Shown: positions 15,098-27,834 of the stretch, piece by piece
How positions within the stretch are numbered: the first letter of the stretch is position 1
How the letters are laid out: every line of letters starts with the position of its first letter
Source: Octopus vulgaris
Lineage: Eukaryota
Length of the DNA: 64,000 nucleotides
Assembly: GCA_951406725.2 (NCBI GenBank)
Contig: OX597830.1
Location: 71,300,001-71,364,000, forward strand
Reading direction: 5' to 3'
The notes under the pieces: model-generated
What the model was told of the DNA's origin: nothing
Database searches by the model: none
Seen by the model: only the letters and a program-made list of their open reading frames with translations
Program-made: the position numbers and the translations under genes

Positions 15098-15775
15098 AGG
15101 CGACGAGCTGGCAGAATCGTTATCGATTCTAAGTGGTATTTCGTCCGTCTTTACGTTCTTCTGAGTTCAAACTCCACCGAGGTCCACATTGCCTTTCATA
15201 CTTCAGAGTCGATCAATTAAGTACCAGGGAAATCGACTTGTCTCCTCCCAGCAAATTTCAGGCCTTGTACTTCCAGTAGAAAGGACTATTATTATTGCTG
15301 TTATTGTTGTTGTTAAGGCGGCTAGCTAGGAGATCGTTAGCACGCCGGGCAAAATGCTTAGCGGCATTTTGTCCGTATTTACGTTCTCAGTACAAATTCT
15401 GCCGAAGTTGACTTTACCTTTCATCCGTTTTGGAGGTCAATAACATAAGTACCAGTTGAGAACTGGAGTTGTTGTAATCGATAATCCACCGCCCCCAAAA
15501 TTTCAGACCTTGTGCCTATTATAGAAATGATTATTATCATCATTATTATTAAAGCGACGAGGTGGCAGAATTGTTAACACGGTGGGTGAAATGCTTAGCA
15601 GTATTTCGGCCGATATATACTATATTCTGAGTTGAAATTCCGCCGAGGTCGGCTTTGCCTATCGTACTTTCGGGGTCGAAAAATTAAGTACCAGTTGCGT
15701 ATTGAGGTCGATCTAATCGACTGGCGCCCTCCCTCCCCCAAATTTCGAGCCTTGTACCTAAAATAGAAAAGATTA
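15098..15775 (+). mobile_element. Three head-to-tail short-tail SINE-A copies separated by ATT-rich spacers
   Basis: Heads at ~15099, ~15317 and ~15554; each ends ..ccttgt(a/g)c..tagaaa..attatt. Confidence 0.88.
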
Positions 15776-15786
15776 TTATTATTATT

Positions 15787-16001
15787 CAGTAGTTTTATTT
15801 TTATTTTTATAGCGTGCTTTCACTTCACTACCGAGCGCAGCTCTGTGTGCCTTGGGTATGTGCTGTGATTTGTTGTGATGCTCTGATGGTTATTGTATGG
15901 AAAGTGTTCTGCGTAGGATGTGTGCAGTGCCTAGTAGTGCAATTTTCTGTATGTTATATGTGTTTGTAAGTCCTGGTATTTTTGTTATGTATTTGTCTGA
16001 A

Positions 16002-16003
<2 letters not shown>
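15787..16003 (-). mobile_element. R4/Dong-type LINE family 2, 3' end fragment
   Basis: Near-identical to 50840-51050 and flanked on both sides by (ATT)n. Confidence 0.92.
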
Positions 16004-16082
<79 letters not shown>

Positions 16083-16512
16083 CATTACGAAATTGGTTCT
16101 AGTGAGTGGAAGAAACAGCTATGTCGAATGTTTGCAATGATACTAAATCCTTAATATATTTATCTTTGTCTCTTTCTTTCCATGAATATGTACAGATTCC
16201 ACGGAACAGACATTTTAAGCGGATTCAATTTTAAATAAGCAATGGTGACTAGGTTTTCTTATATTTTATAGTTTAGAGTAGACACGACTTATAAATAAAT
16301 AAATAAATGAATAAGTGAATAATTAAATAAGTAAATAGCTAAATGAATAATAAATAAATAAATAAATAAATTAGTTTAGCAGCATCGGATGCAACAAAAG
16401 AATGGCGGAATACGTTGTAAGGGAGATAATGCTAAATAGCAGTCAGTAAAATCCTTTGTCCAGAAGTTTAGGAAAGGGAAATACAAGCATGCTAATTTCC
16501 ATACGTTTAGAA

Positions 16513-16604
<92 letters not shown>

Positions 16605-16616
16605 TTCTATATACAT

Positions 16617-16722
<106 letters not shown>

Positions 16723-16766
16723 CATATATATATATATACATACATGTAATTTACATATATATATAT

Positions 16767-16799
16767 ATCCTTAAATCCTTAAAAATGTTTCAGCCCGAA
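16767..16799 (-). mobile_element. Extreme 3' tip of the CR1-group LINE
   Basis: atccttaaatccttaaaaatgtttcagcccgaa matches 11327-11359. Confidence 0.75.
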
Positions 16800-17224
16800 A
16801 TGCGTTTACATAGATATATATATATATGTTTATGCATATAATTGCTTATATGCATATGTACGTGTGTGTGTATGAGGGGGTGAATTTATATATATATATA
16901 ATTATTATATAAAGGTCACAATACATGTATTCATATGCTGAGAGAACTGAAACATATTCTTCAGGAGCAAACCACATGTCATAACGAACTAAAAAATATT
17001 GAATAAATAGAACAAACGCGATGAAGCTGAGAAGACAGCATATAGAAAACGCAGACAGTAAACGACTGTAAACAAGAAACGGAAAACGAAACTAAAGTGT
17101 CTCTCAAAATATGAAACTATTAGTAGAGGTTTAATACATATATTATGACCGTTAAAAAATGATAATTATATCTCACCAGATGGAGTAGTTTTTTGTTGTT
17201 GAATATTCTATCACGGTTCAGTTC

Positions 17225-17261
<37 letters not shown>

Positions 17262-17293
17262 TATATATAAATATATATATATATATATGTATG

Positions 17294-17325
<32 letters not shown>

Positions 17326-17328
17326 TTA

Positions 17329-17413
<85 letters not shown>

Positions 17414-18016
17414 TATTATATTTTTATGTATATATACATTCATATCCTTTTTTGTGTGTGTGTAAATAAATATGTATCTTTACAAATATGCACTCCCAGA
17501 TAAACCTACATATACGCACATACGTAAATAACATTTGCATACATACATGCATACATACATAAATACATACATACATACATACCTACACATATACACACAT
17601 GCATGCACGCACGTACACAGACACGCACACGCACACATATAATACATATATATAATCACACACCATACACACAAATATATGTATACAAATGTATAAATAT
17701 TTTCGCCTTGTGTGTGGGCGTGTATACGTACTCATGAATCCATATAACCATAGGTATTTGTATGTGTGTGTAAATACTTGTATGTATATAAAGGTTTGTG
17801 TATACCCGTGCTCTGTTTTACACAAGTCGACTGAAGAAGGAGTACGCTTTTTTATGTCCTAGTAATTTTGAGCTTCTTGTATATTGAGATTCCTGTAACT
17901 TTGCACAAACACACTGATGAAAGTAGAAAATTCAATGTTGTACTGGGAATATTTTGCTTGTCTAATCCTATAAATTCAGATTAAAGCAAGTTTTGTATGT
18001 GCATATTCATATATAC

Positions 18017-18086
<70 letters not shown>

Positions 18087-18134
18087 GAAATTTACAGAAA
18101 AACAAAAAAGACGTGACAGTTCTATAAACAACAA

Positions 18135-18176
<42 letters not shown>

Positions 18177-18178
<2 letters not shown>

Positions 18179-18362
18179 AGAGTTTACGAAAAAATCCAAA
18201 AGACGAAGACAGGTGGTGTACAAAATAAACAGATGTATTAGTATAACGCTCAGGAATAGAATAAGTCTTTTACATTTCGAGCCTACGCTCTTCTCCAGAA
18301 AGGGACACAGAAAAAACAAGGAGAGAAAAAATTTATGTAGTTGCTAACGATCTATCATGGCG
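18177..18362 (-). mobile_element. Penelope-like terminal fragment, same family as 13357-13540
   Basis: The reverse complement contains cttt CTGGAGA a gagc-gtag-gctc GAAA tgta aaag and abuts (TA)n. Confidence 0.65.
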
Positions 18363-18462
18363 ACTAGTGCTGGACAGAGGGGTCAAAAAACACGAAAAGG
18401 AAAGTAGGGGATATATATATGTATATATATATATATATATATATAAAGTTAATCCAAACAAG

Positions 18463-18524
<62 letters not shown>

Positions 18525-18551
18525 TTATTTATTTATTTGTATGTATGTATA

Positions 18552-19272
18552 TTGTTGTATTTGGGGATGGTCATGTTGCCAGTTTAGCCAATGAAAACAC
18601 ATGCACTATATATTTCATGTTCTCTTGCTTCAGCTTTATTTCATATTAATCGTATTTCGGCCAGAGTTCTTTCGTCACACTTCTGTGACCTCATCAGTTG
18701 TCCTTTGCTTTCTTCTTTCTTTTTTGTGTCTCTCCTTCCTAATGATCTGCTATTTTTGTATTCCTGTTGTATATTTATTTATTTGCGAATGCGTACATCC
18801 GTATGTGTGTCTATGTTTAGTAAGTGTGTGTGGGGGGGAATGTGTATGGTATCTGCATTAACTGTATTCCCTGTATATTTAACTTCCATGTTGTTGACTG
18901 AGCCCCAGTGTTTCCGTTTGGTGTGCTGGTATAAGACCGATGAGCTCTTCTCTTCCATAAGTTCCCCCAATGCTCATTTACTCGCTCTCCTATGCTCCTT
19001 GCTGTCTCCCCTGCGTACATCGTTGTCTTGTTTCTGTACCGTCCTTCTGTAGCTCTCATACATTCCTATATTCCTAGCCTTACAGTTTGTTTGCGGGCTA
19101 AATGCACATACAATACAGTTCCTATCAGTACAGGGGATTCTATTAAAAGGGTAGGTTCTACCAATTAGTGATTTGATAGGATTACCTGGCCTTTCTACAA
19201 CTTTAATTCTTAGCTTAAGCCTGACTAGGACCCTTCTAAAGTGGTACACCAGTTCGCCTCATGACACTCCGG
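18552..19272 (-). mobile_element. Penelope-like element 3' remnant: frameshifted GIY-YIG endonuclease region plus terminal hammerhead-like motif
   Basis: Pieces across three frames: KLRIKVVERPGNPIKSLIGRTYPFNRIPCTDRNCIVC..NCKARN / MYAGETARSIGERVNEH / EEKSSSVLYQHTKRKH. This is the Cys-rich linker plus YxGETxRxxxxRxxEH of PLE endonucleases. CTGATGA-stem-GAAA lies at 18697-18670. Confidence 0.82.
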
Positions 19273-19447
19273 TATTTGTGGCATATAAACATACATACAC
19301 AGACACTCACGCACACACACACACACACACATTTATGTATATATGTGCACAAACGTGCAAGAAAATGCACGTGCCCACACATATACACACATAAATATAT
19401 TCGTATGAATGTATATGTGTATATAAATGTGTATACGTGTTGAAGTG

Positions 19448-19478
<31 letters not shown>

Positions 19479-20048
19479 TTAATATAATATATATATCAGT
19501 GCGCATAATACAATACATATACATACATTTATATGCACACATATGCATATGTGTGTGAGTGTGTGTGTGTATGTGTGAATAAATGTAATATGTATAAGTA
19601 TTAACCAGATATTTCCCGTATCTCTCACACAGCACAGGCACACATACACATACTTACTTACACACATACAAACATACATACAACTATACATACACATGTA
19701 TGTGTGTGTATATCCATGTGTAATGTAGATAGGATTAAGGACCAAGTTGCGTCCACTTTGGGCATATCTGTTTATTCTGGTATTCTACATCCGCCTGTAG
19801 ATAATGAAAATACAGGAAAATATTTTTGCAGAGTAAAATATAAATCAAAACAGGACATTGTAAAATGTTTAGTATCATTCATTCACAATAACATCATAAT
19901 AATTCCTCATCTCATAAATATAAAACTGCATTATCAAATAACATTTTTGTAACTATTAGCAAACGAAACATATGTAATGATGATAAAATGATGCTTAAAA
20001 TCTGTCAATCTCCTATTTTTCAATCTCATATTTTGATATTTATGTGTA

Positions 20049-20122
<74 letters not shown>

Positions 20123-20757
20123 CTTAGGATGAGAGAATGTTCGTGAGGATGGGCATATCTGCCCGAAAGTGTTGAGTAAGATATATATATTGATCTACCA
20201 CTTTCTCTAAAGTGGTGAAGACCATATATTTGGGAAAATTCTCAAACATTCTAAGAATATCGCGTGACATACACATATATTCCAACCGACAGATTTTCGT
20301 AGCAACAAACATATATGTATAGTGATATAAACAGTTATATACATAAATGCCTCTCTATATGCTCACATAAATTCATACATACCGTATTTTCCAGCGTTGA
20401 AGACGCTACCTTTTTTTCCTAAAATAAGCCTCGAAAATTTACCATACGTCCTGGAGACCGAAGGTTGCATTTTTCATATGCATATCCTAATGCCTAATCC
20501 CAGGGGAAAATTATCTATGCTAGACAGAAATCTGAACCCCTGAATATGACCGCTCAGTGAAGTGTATAAATTATACTTTGTTAAAGTAGGAATTAAACAA
20601 AAATATCATAAAAATTTCAAAATATACGCAATCACAAAAATTCATTCCCGCATAGGTCGTGTATATCAGAAGGGCCAACTGACGAGTGATATTTTACATG
20701 TGCATCTATATTGCCGGTATTGTCAATCCCTTCAAACAACCTGACTTTAAGGGAAAA

Positions 20758-21146
20758 CTAGCAGTATCGTCTAGCGTTGCTCGGGTTTGTTTCGACCCTT
20801 TAGAATTGGAAATTTTGAAAACTAAAACTTTTGCATTATGTAGCTTGTTATTCTCTTTAAGTGAACATTTTCCCGGTTGAAATACACCGAAAAATGGCGA
20901 TACAACAGTCAAAACATCGAAAGAAATAGGGATTTTCATAAAAAAAAAGCATCTTTTTGATGTAAATAATTTTTGGTGTTAACATGGTCCGATTTGAATT
21001 TTTCTTCTACGGAATGAAGAACAATCCTTCTTCTATCATACTCTCAATTTTGATCAACTTGCGCCGCAGGGTCTCGGAGGAGATAGTGTTAGTTGAAGGC
21101 TACCAAACCTGCCATACACAGACAACTTCAGCTTTATATAGAGTGA
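20758..21146 (-). mobile_element. Non-autonomous Helitron
   Basis: The minus strand ends cccgagcaacgctagacgatactgCTAG|T, the same 3' end as the 44708 copy, and begins with a tc..ctatata-type 5' end. Confidence 0.78.
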
Positions 21147-21660
21147 TTATTAAATGACGAAGTAAAACTACGGTATGTTAAAAGGGTTTTCAAGGAAATA
21201 TTTATAACAATTCTATTGTAACCACTTACTACTCACTCTCTCTGAAGAAACGTGTTGTATATAGATAGCAACATAGACTTCTTCCTTGATCTCAGAATGC
21301 TATGGTCTTAACCAGTTCAAACCTGGACCTGCTGAAGTTAGGATCTGCGACTTCAGATATTTTACTTAAAATATTTAACATAACAGTTACGATGGCAACC
21401 TGTTTGTATGTTTATGTGTGTGTGTGTGTTTGCGCCTTCCTTACGTACGAGATAATAAAGGAATTTTATACTACTACTACAACGTCACATTTTGTACGTG
21501 AGTGTGTATATGTCTGTGAGTGTGCGTGTGCTTGCGCGTTCGTTACGTAAATGTATGTCTGTGTGTGTCTGTCTTAGTATATGTATGTGAGTGCATGTGA
21601 AAGTGTATGGATATGTCAGTGTATGTGAGAGTGTGTGTGTGTTTGAGTGTATGTGTGATT

Positions 21661-21802
21661 GTCGATTACACTGAGGTAAACTGGCTATGTGAATTAGCAA
21701 CACTGGCTCCAACTAATGGAATGGTTGATAAATTCAGTCATAAGCTTCTTCAAAAGTTAACAGATACATCAGAAAGGAATTTTCCATCAATTCACACAAC
21801 TC
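21661..21802 (+). pseudogene. Relic of Helitron RepHel (Pif1-family helicase) coding sequence
   Basis: DYTEVNWLCELATLAPTNGMVDKFSHKLLQKLTDTSERNFPSIHTT resembles the WLxERAILAPxNxxVxxxNxxxLxxLPGxxxxYxSxD motif of Helitron helicases (recognised from memory). Confidence 0.62.
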
Positions 21803-22869
21803 ACAAAATTCACATCTCCAGTCTGTTACAAATAAGACAAAATCCCTGTTACTTCTAAAATTAACATAATTCAGACGACATAAAAAAATATATTTATCAG
21901 CAGACTAGTACTCACCATTTCTGTTGATGTTTGAAATTGGTGAGTATGACACCACTGCGCATGCCTACAATATTAGCAACAACAACAGAATAATCAAGTC
22001 CATAACCTATCTAAGATGTATGTATTTTTCTAACTAACTTGAGTCTTATGCTTTAAATCAATATCTCATGCTATACTACCAAAATACCCATATAATCATT
22101 TTATCTATCTGAAACGTTTAAAGCGTTACTGGAACAAAATTTGCTAAAACTACATCCATTGGATGGCTAGATAAAATAGAAATTAGCCCGAAAATGTCTT
22201 TTGCATATATCATTTGTTATTCTAATGCGTAAGGTCGTTAAAATACTGCTTCAGGAAACAATGATAAAAAAGGTAACCACATCGACACCCCTGAAAGCCA
22301 ACCATTACTTCTCATACATTTCAAAATGTAGCTGATCCGACAGATATCAACAGGGAATACATTCAGCTTAGAATCAATTTAAAGTTGCGGTTTGAAGATA
22401 ATGTTTATTATTTCTCTAAACTATCATTCCATAAAAGAGCATTTTTGTCGAGAGTAAGGAAAAAAAAAAAAAATAAAAAAATAAAAAATGACTATCATAC
22501 TAAATATTGTTGACTATATCACTTGAGACCAAATGAAATTATGAGACCGTATGTGTAAGACTGTCTATGTCTGCTTCTGTATAGCTACTATCACTTTGAA
22601 GAAACATCTTAGAAATGTCCTAACTATACGTAGTAATGAAATAACTCAGTCAAAGTAACGGCTGTGTATAAAAAAGAATAGAATATAAACAAACCTGAAC
22701 CGCAGAATACCATAACTAAATGCCATAATAAGATGTAAGGTAAAAAATAAATTCAATGTACGTCAACTATTTCTGCTGAATGGACAGATTGACACTGTAT
22801 GGAGATTTTCCACTTAAAATCTTTTGAGAGAAAAAGAATTACAAAGCCATAAGTCGTTGAGTGAAAAAT

Positions 22870-23110
22870 GATGTTGAAGTGTTGGGCTTACAAACTTTGG
22901 GTCGGGAGTTCGATACTCGGACCAGACGGTGTGTTGTCTTATTGAATCAAATACTTCACTTTACGTTGCTGCGCTTAACTAGTGAAAATGAGAGCCTTAG
23001 GTGTCCAATTTCACCTGGCAACCTGTTCAGTGTTGAGAAGCGTTTAACTCTTGTTTGCTTTGTAACTCCTTGACATAAACCTGTTAAACGCCGGCCGCAT
23101 GGACTTATGG
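22870..23110 (+). mobile_element. SINE-C, diverged
   Basis: gagttcgatactcggaccagacggtgtgttgtcttattgaatcaaatacttcactttacgttgct resembles the 63396 copy. Confidence 0.65.
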
Positions 23111-23151
23111 CAAAAGAAGTAGAAAAAAAGAAGAGAGATATTTATCATATA

Positions 23152-23548
23152 GACGCAGGAGTGACTGAGCAGTAAGTAGCTTGCTTACCAACCACATGTT
23201 TCCGGGGTCAGTCCCACTGCGTGGCACCTTGGGCAAGTGTCTTCTATAGCCTCGGGCCGGCCAAAGCCTTGTGAGTGGATTTGGTAGACGGAAACTGAAG
23301 GAAGCCCGTCGAATATATGTATGTGTGTGTATATGCTTAGTGTGTCTCTGTTTGTCCCCTCAGAATCGCTTGTAAACCGATGCTGGTGTGTTTACGTCCC
23401 CGTAACGTAGTGGTTCGGCAAAAGAGACCGATATAATAAGTACTAGGCTTACAAAGAATAAGTCCTGTGTTCGATTTGCTCGACTAAAAGGCGGTGCTCC
23501 AGCATGGCCGCAGTCAAATAACTGAAACAAGTAAAAGAGTAAAAGAGT
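23152..23548 (+). mobile_element. SINE-B, full length
   Basis: Complete from the head to the gtaaaagagtaaaagag tail. Confidence 0.93.
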
Positions 23549-23569
23549 ATGTGTGTGTGTGTCTGTATT

Positions 23570-23602
<33 letters not shown>

Positions 23603-26232
23603 ACGCGCGTGGTGTGCGTGTGTATATGTATGTGTGTGTTTGTGTGTGTGTGTGTGCGCGCATGTTTGTTTGTGTGTGTGTGTCTGTTACTTATCACTCG
23701 TATGCTATTGGCGTGAAGCTAAAAAGTAGTTCCAAAACGGTTTCGACACGACTTGTTCATTTACTCTCGATTCACCAAGCCCCATCTCATACTTTTGTAT
23801 ATTCCCAGTCTAGGTTATATTTTCATTCGCCGTTCAGAACAACCGTGTTTCTTTTTCTCCAATTATTTTCTGGGATTTTAATTTAAGTTACTGTATTTTA
23901 TTTTTGGTTGTTCTGGGTATCTTAAATGCGGTTTTTATTGCTCCTCCCCACACTTGTAACATCATTCGACATTATGGTTTCTGTCTCAGAATAATTTTAG
24001 TTTACCAATTTCTTGACCAGTTCAAGTAATTGTACTTTCTTCTCTCTGCTACTCGCTAATGACATTGTTTTAGTATGAGTTCTACTACTATCCAAAAGTC
24101 TTTCTGTTTTGCGTGATAATACTGTTTTCGAAAAAAAAAAAAAATTCCAAGGTGGACGTTGACTGAATGACGCTGTAGAAAGAAGCCCAAAAATGTGCTA
24201 AGATTAAAAAAAAAATGAAAATAAATAAATAGATAAATAACAGTGAAAGAATCCAAATACGATAACGCTAAGGAAATATTGTAGTTGTTCCAATTTGTCT
24301 TACCTTTAATACAAGTCTTTTTTGGTTTTTCATTCTAACTTCTCTATCATAAATGTTACTGTTTTATTGACCTATATTACACTTTCGAAGATATCTTTAA
24401 GCGATTTTTACAACACCATCCAGACCGGACTTACAAGTTGGAAAGCTTAATGAATGAAGCTAGGAAATAATAAAAAATATATATATTCGGTGGAAATGAC
24501 ATTTCGCATTATTGATTATTATTTCGAACTGTCTGGTAAAAGGTCAGAAACCTATTACTGGAGAGCGTGTTTCTTTGCAATAAAACCTTACGAATGGTGT
24601 TAGGATGACTTAATCGAATGTTAGAACGAAGGTTTGATGTGTCAAGAAGAAAAAAAAAGAAAAGAAAGAAAGAAAAAGAAGAAAAGAAAAGATGGTAAAC
24701 GAAGCAAATGAAAAGAAAGAAAACCTATACAGCAATTGAGTGTAACAGGCGACCATGTATGGCCGCCGCCTTTTTAGCATTTGGTTCACTCTTTGTACAG
24801 ACGTTCTCTTTCAGTGTTAGTTAAATTGAGTTAGAGGAAATAAAAATGACACAAGACATTCAGCTGAGTTTGGTGAGGCAACCACAAGTTTAATAATACA
24901 GTAATGTTCTGTCTCTATTTCGCGAATTCATCGCTTGGAAATGGGAAATAGAAACAGGTTGTAACTTTAGCCAATGAACATGAAGACAAAGTGAGAGATA
25001 TACGAGTTTATAGTTTATTATTTACTACCTTGTTTTTGTTGTTTTGTTCTTATTTTCCTTTTATTTTTCTTTCTTATTTTCTTTTAAGAAATGAAAATGA
25101 TGCGAAGAACTTTGGTAATTTAGTTTTGAATAACTTGCTGCCAGTACAGGTTAGGAAGAAAAGGTGTTGTATTCTAGAATTAAATTCATTTATGTTTCCT
25201 GCGATAGTAACTTCACGAAGGAATAGAAACAGTTCGTGTTTGGCTACGGTTATAACATAAACTCTACGATATGAAATCAATGTCATACGCACTTGTTGTT
25301 GTTGTTGTTGTTTTTGTTTGACTCCTACGCGGCCCTGACTGAAGATTCCTTATAAAGAAATGCATTACACTCATGAGAATAGCATTATGCCTTTCGGTAT
25401 CGAATATCCAGAAATACATTATTGTGTCCTTTCGTTTTCAGTGAGGTGAGAATGTCATTAGACTGACATTTGCCTGCTGTTTCTTGGCGATCGAAAAATT
25501 GCATGGAGTCTCCTCCCCACAAGAAGTAATGAAGTCAGTTTATTAAAAAACAAAAAATAGATAAATAAAATAAACTGTTATGACTCAGTCAGCATTTTAA
25601 AGTTGTCTGGAATGTTTTTAAAAGGATAATATTGAATTTAGCTCAAAAAATTCTATACATGTTAAAACAGTATTTTCAGTATTATTGAAAGGTAACAGTT
25701 TCATACCAGAATGAAAGTAACATCGGACTAAGTTTGACGTGGAATCACTTCGATACCCAATAATATTTAAAAAAAAAACAAACAATTATTTTATTTAGAT
25801 GCACTTGCAAATTATATATGTGAGGACCATAACAGAATACATCCCAGCACAAATAGCCTAGTACATTGCTACACCGAGGAAGCTTCTCTCTGGTTGCACC
25901 ATCTATTAGAAATAGCATTTCCAAATCACAATCTGCCGTCTTTAAAAGAAGCGCAATTGAGTAATATACTCCAATTCAAAATTATTCTTATGTATTTATT
26001 TATTCATGGCAAGCTGTAAACTACATAGAAGAGCATTAGGGCTCATGACACGCGGGGTCCCCGGGCAGATGCACGGTGTACCTATGCTTTAAGATAATAC
26101 TGATCATAGGTTGAATGCTTTCCATCATCACCGCTTCTCCAATGGATAATCCTCTACGTTAAGTGGTATTGTGTACGCAATGCTGACCAGTACGCTTATG
26201 TCTATAATTTCTTTCTATGTATAATTTCCTTT

Positions 26233-26305
<73 letters not shown>

Positions 26306-26967
26306 CTAGATCATTAATATCTCTATATATCTGGAGCATTATTATCTAATGTAGCTAGTTAGATTTAATATAGCAAAATCATAAATAAACTTGGAAATAT
26401 ATGACTTTTGCATAGCCTCTCCAATATGACAAAGATCTGTAGCTTTATATTCATGATACACATGTTTACTAAACAGCATTTACGAAGAACCTAACATTTG
26501 TATATAAAACAGAACGTATAATTCGGTTTCCTTTATAGTTAACACTGATGATTGTTAATAGATGTAGGTATTGATATCCACTCGAGAAGTTTCTACATAA
26601 ATATTTAGAAAGGAATTGACAATTGTCATATTTTCTGTCTTTAATCTTTTCATGTATTTTTCTTTTTATTGTATTCTTTATTTTTGCTCTTTTTTCTCGT
26701 TCACGATGAAGGACTAAAGTCCGAAACGTATAAAGAATTTTGCTATTAATATCGTTTGTTTATCTGTTTACCTTGTTATTGTCTTGTTGCTTGATCCCTC
26801 TCTCTATATATATATATTTATATAGGGGTTATGAGAGGTAATGATGTCAAAAGACTCAAAGGTGTCAGGTAATGCTGAGTAAGTGCTATGGACAGACTAT
26901 AGTTAAGCTCCCGGTTTGGTGATTATGCGAATAAGGAGTCCAACATAGGTCATATATCAGCATGTGG

Positions 26968-27316
26968 ATATATAAAAATTTTCAGAATGAGATAAAAATT
27001 CAAGGCTGTGAAAGATTTTAGAACATTTATAAATAGAAGGTCTCTACAGCTGTTTCTGGGATATTTTATATCTCCTTCATCGGAGACGGTGCGAGAAGAT
27101 GGTTAGGCAATAGTTATTTTAGATAAGAAATGGAGACCACTTCACTCTCCATTTCTTATCTAAATTAACTATTGCTTAACCATTTCCTCATACTGTCTCC
27201 GATGAAGGGAGATATAAAATATCCCGGAAACAGCTGTGAGACCTTCTATCTATAAATGTTCTAAAAATCTTTCACAGCCTTGGATTTTTATCTCATTCCG
27301 AAAATTTTCATATATA
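26968..27316. repeat. Long imperfect inverted repeat (arms ~170 bp, 9-nt loop at 27137-27145); probable inverted Penelope-like pLTR pair
   Basis: The arms are reverse complements by eye. Each carries CCGATGA-a-stem-GAAA-cagctgt, and the repeat is flanked by TA repeats. Confidence 0.88.
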
Positions 27317-27690
27317 TATATTTATATATATGTGTGTGTATGTATGTAGGTATGTATATATGTATGTGCGTATGTGCGTGTGTATGTGTCTATGTGTGTA
27401 GAACGAGAGAAAGAGAGAGAGAAAGAAAGAGAGAGGGGAAAGGAGTGAGAGAGATATGGCAATAACTTGTCAAAACATGACTATCTGCAAGGGTAGTCGT
27501 CAATTCCTTTCTTCATGTTGAGTTTTTATTACGTTGAAATCAAGCTAGCACCATCTGACCTGTGAGTATAAAGGTTGCCCCGCCACCCAGGCTTTGGCAT
27601 TTTCCAAAATTGACAAAACACCAATGCAACAACTGCAAGAATCTCTAACACCACCACCAACAACAACAACACTACCACCATTACCACCAG

Positions 27691-27692
<2 letters not shown>

Positions 27693-27774
<82 letters not shown>

Positions 27775-27828
27775 GAATGAGTTTTCAAAAGAGTCCAGAT
27801 ATACTATTATTATTATTATTATTATTAT
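27693..27828. repeat. (AGT)n and (ATT)n microsatellites
   Basis: Read directly. Confidence 0.9.
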
Positions 27829-27834
27829 AATAAA

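Noticed and set aside
20380-21175. Possible Tc1/mariner-group MITE (TA-CCGTATTT..CTACGG-TA) enclosing the Helitron
   Set aside because: The terminal match is too short and degenerate to support.
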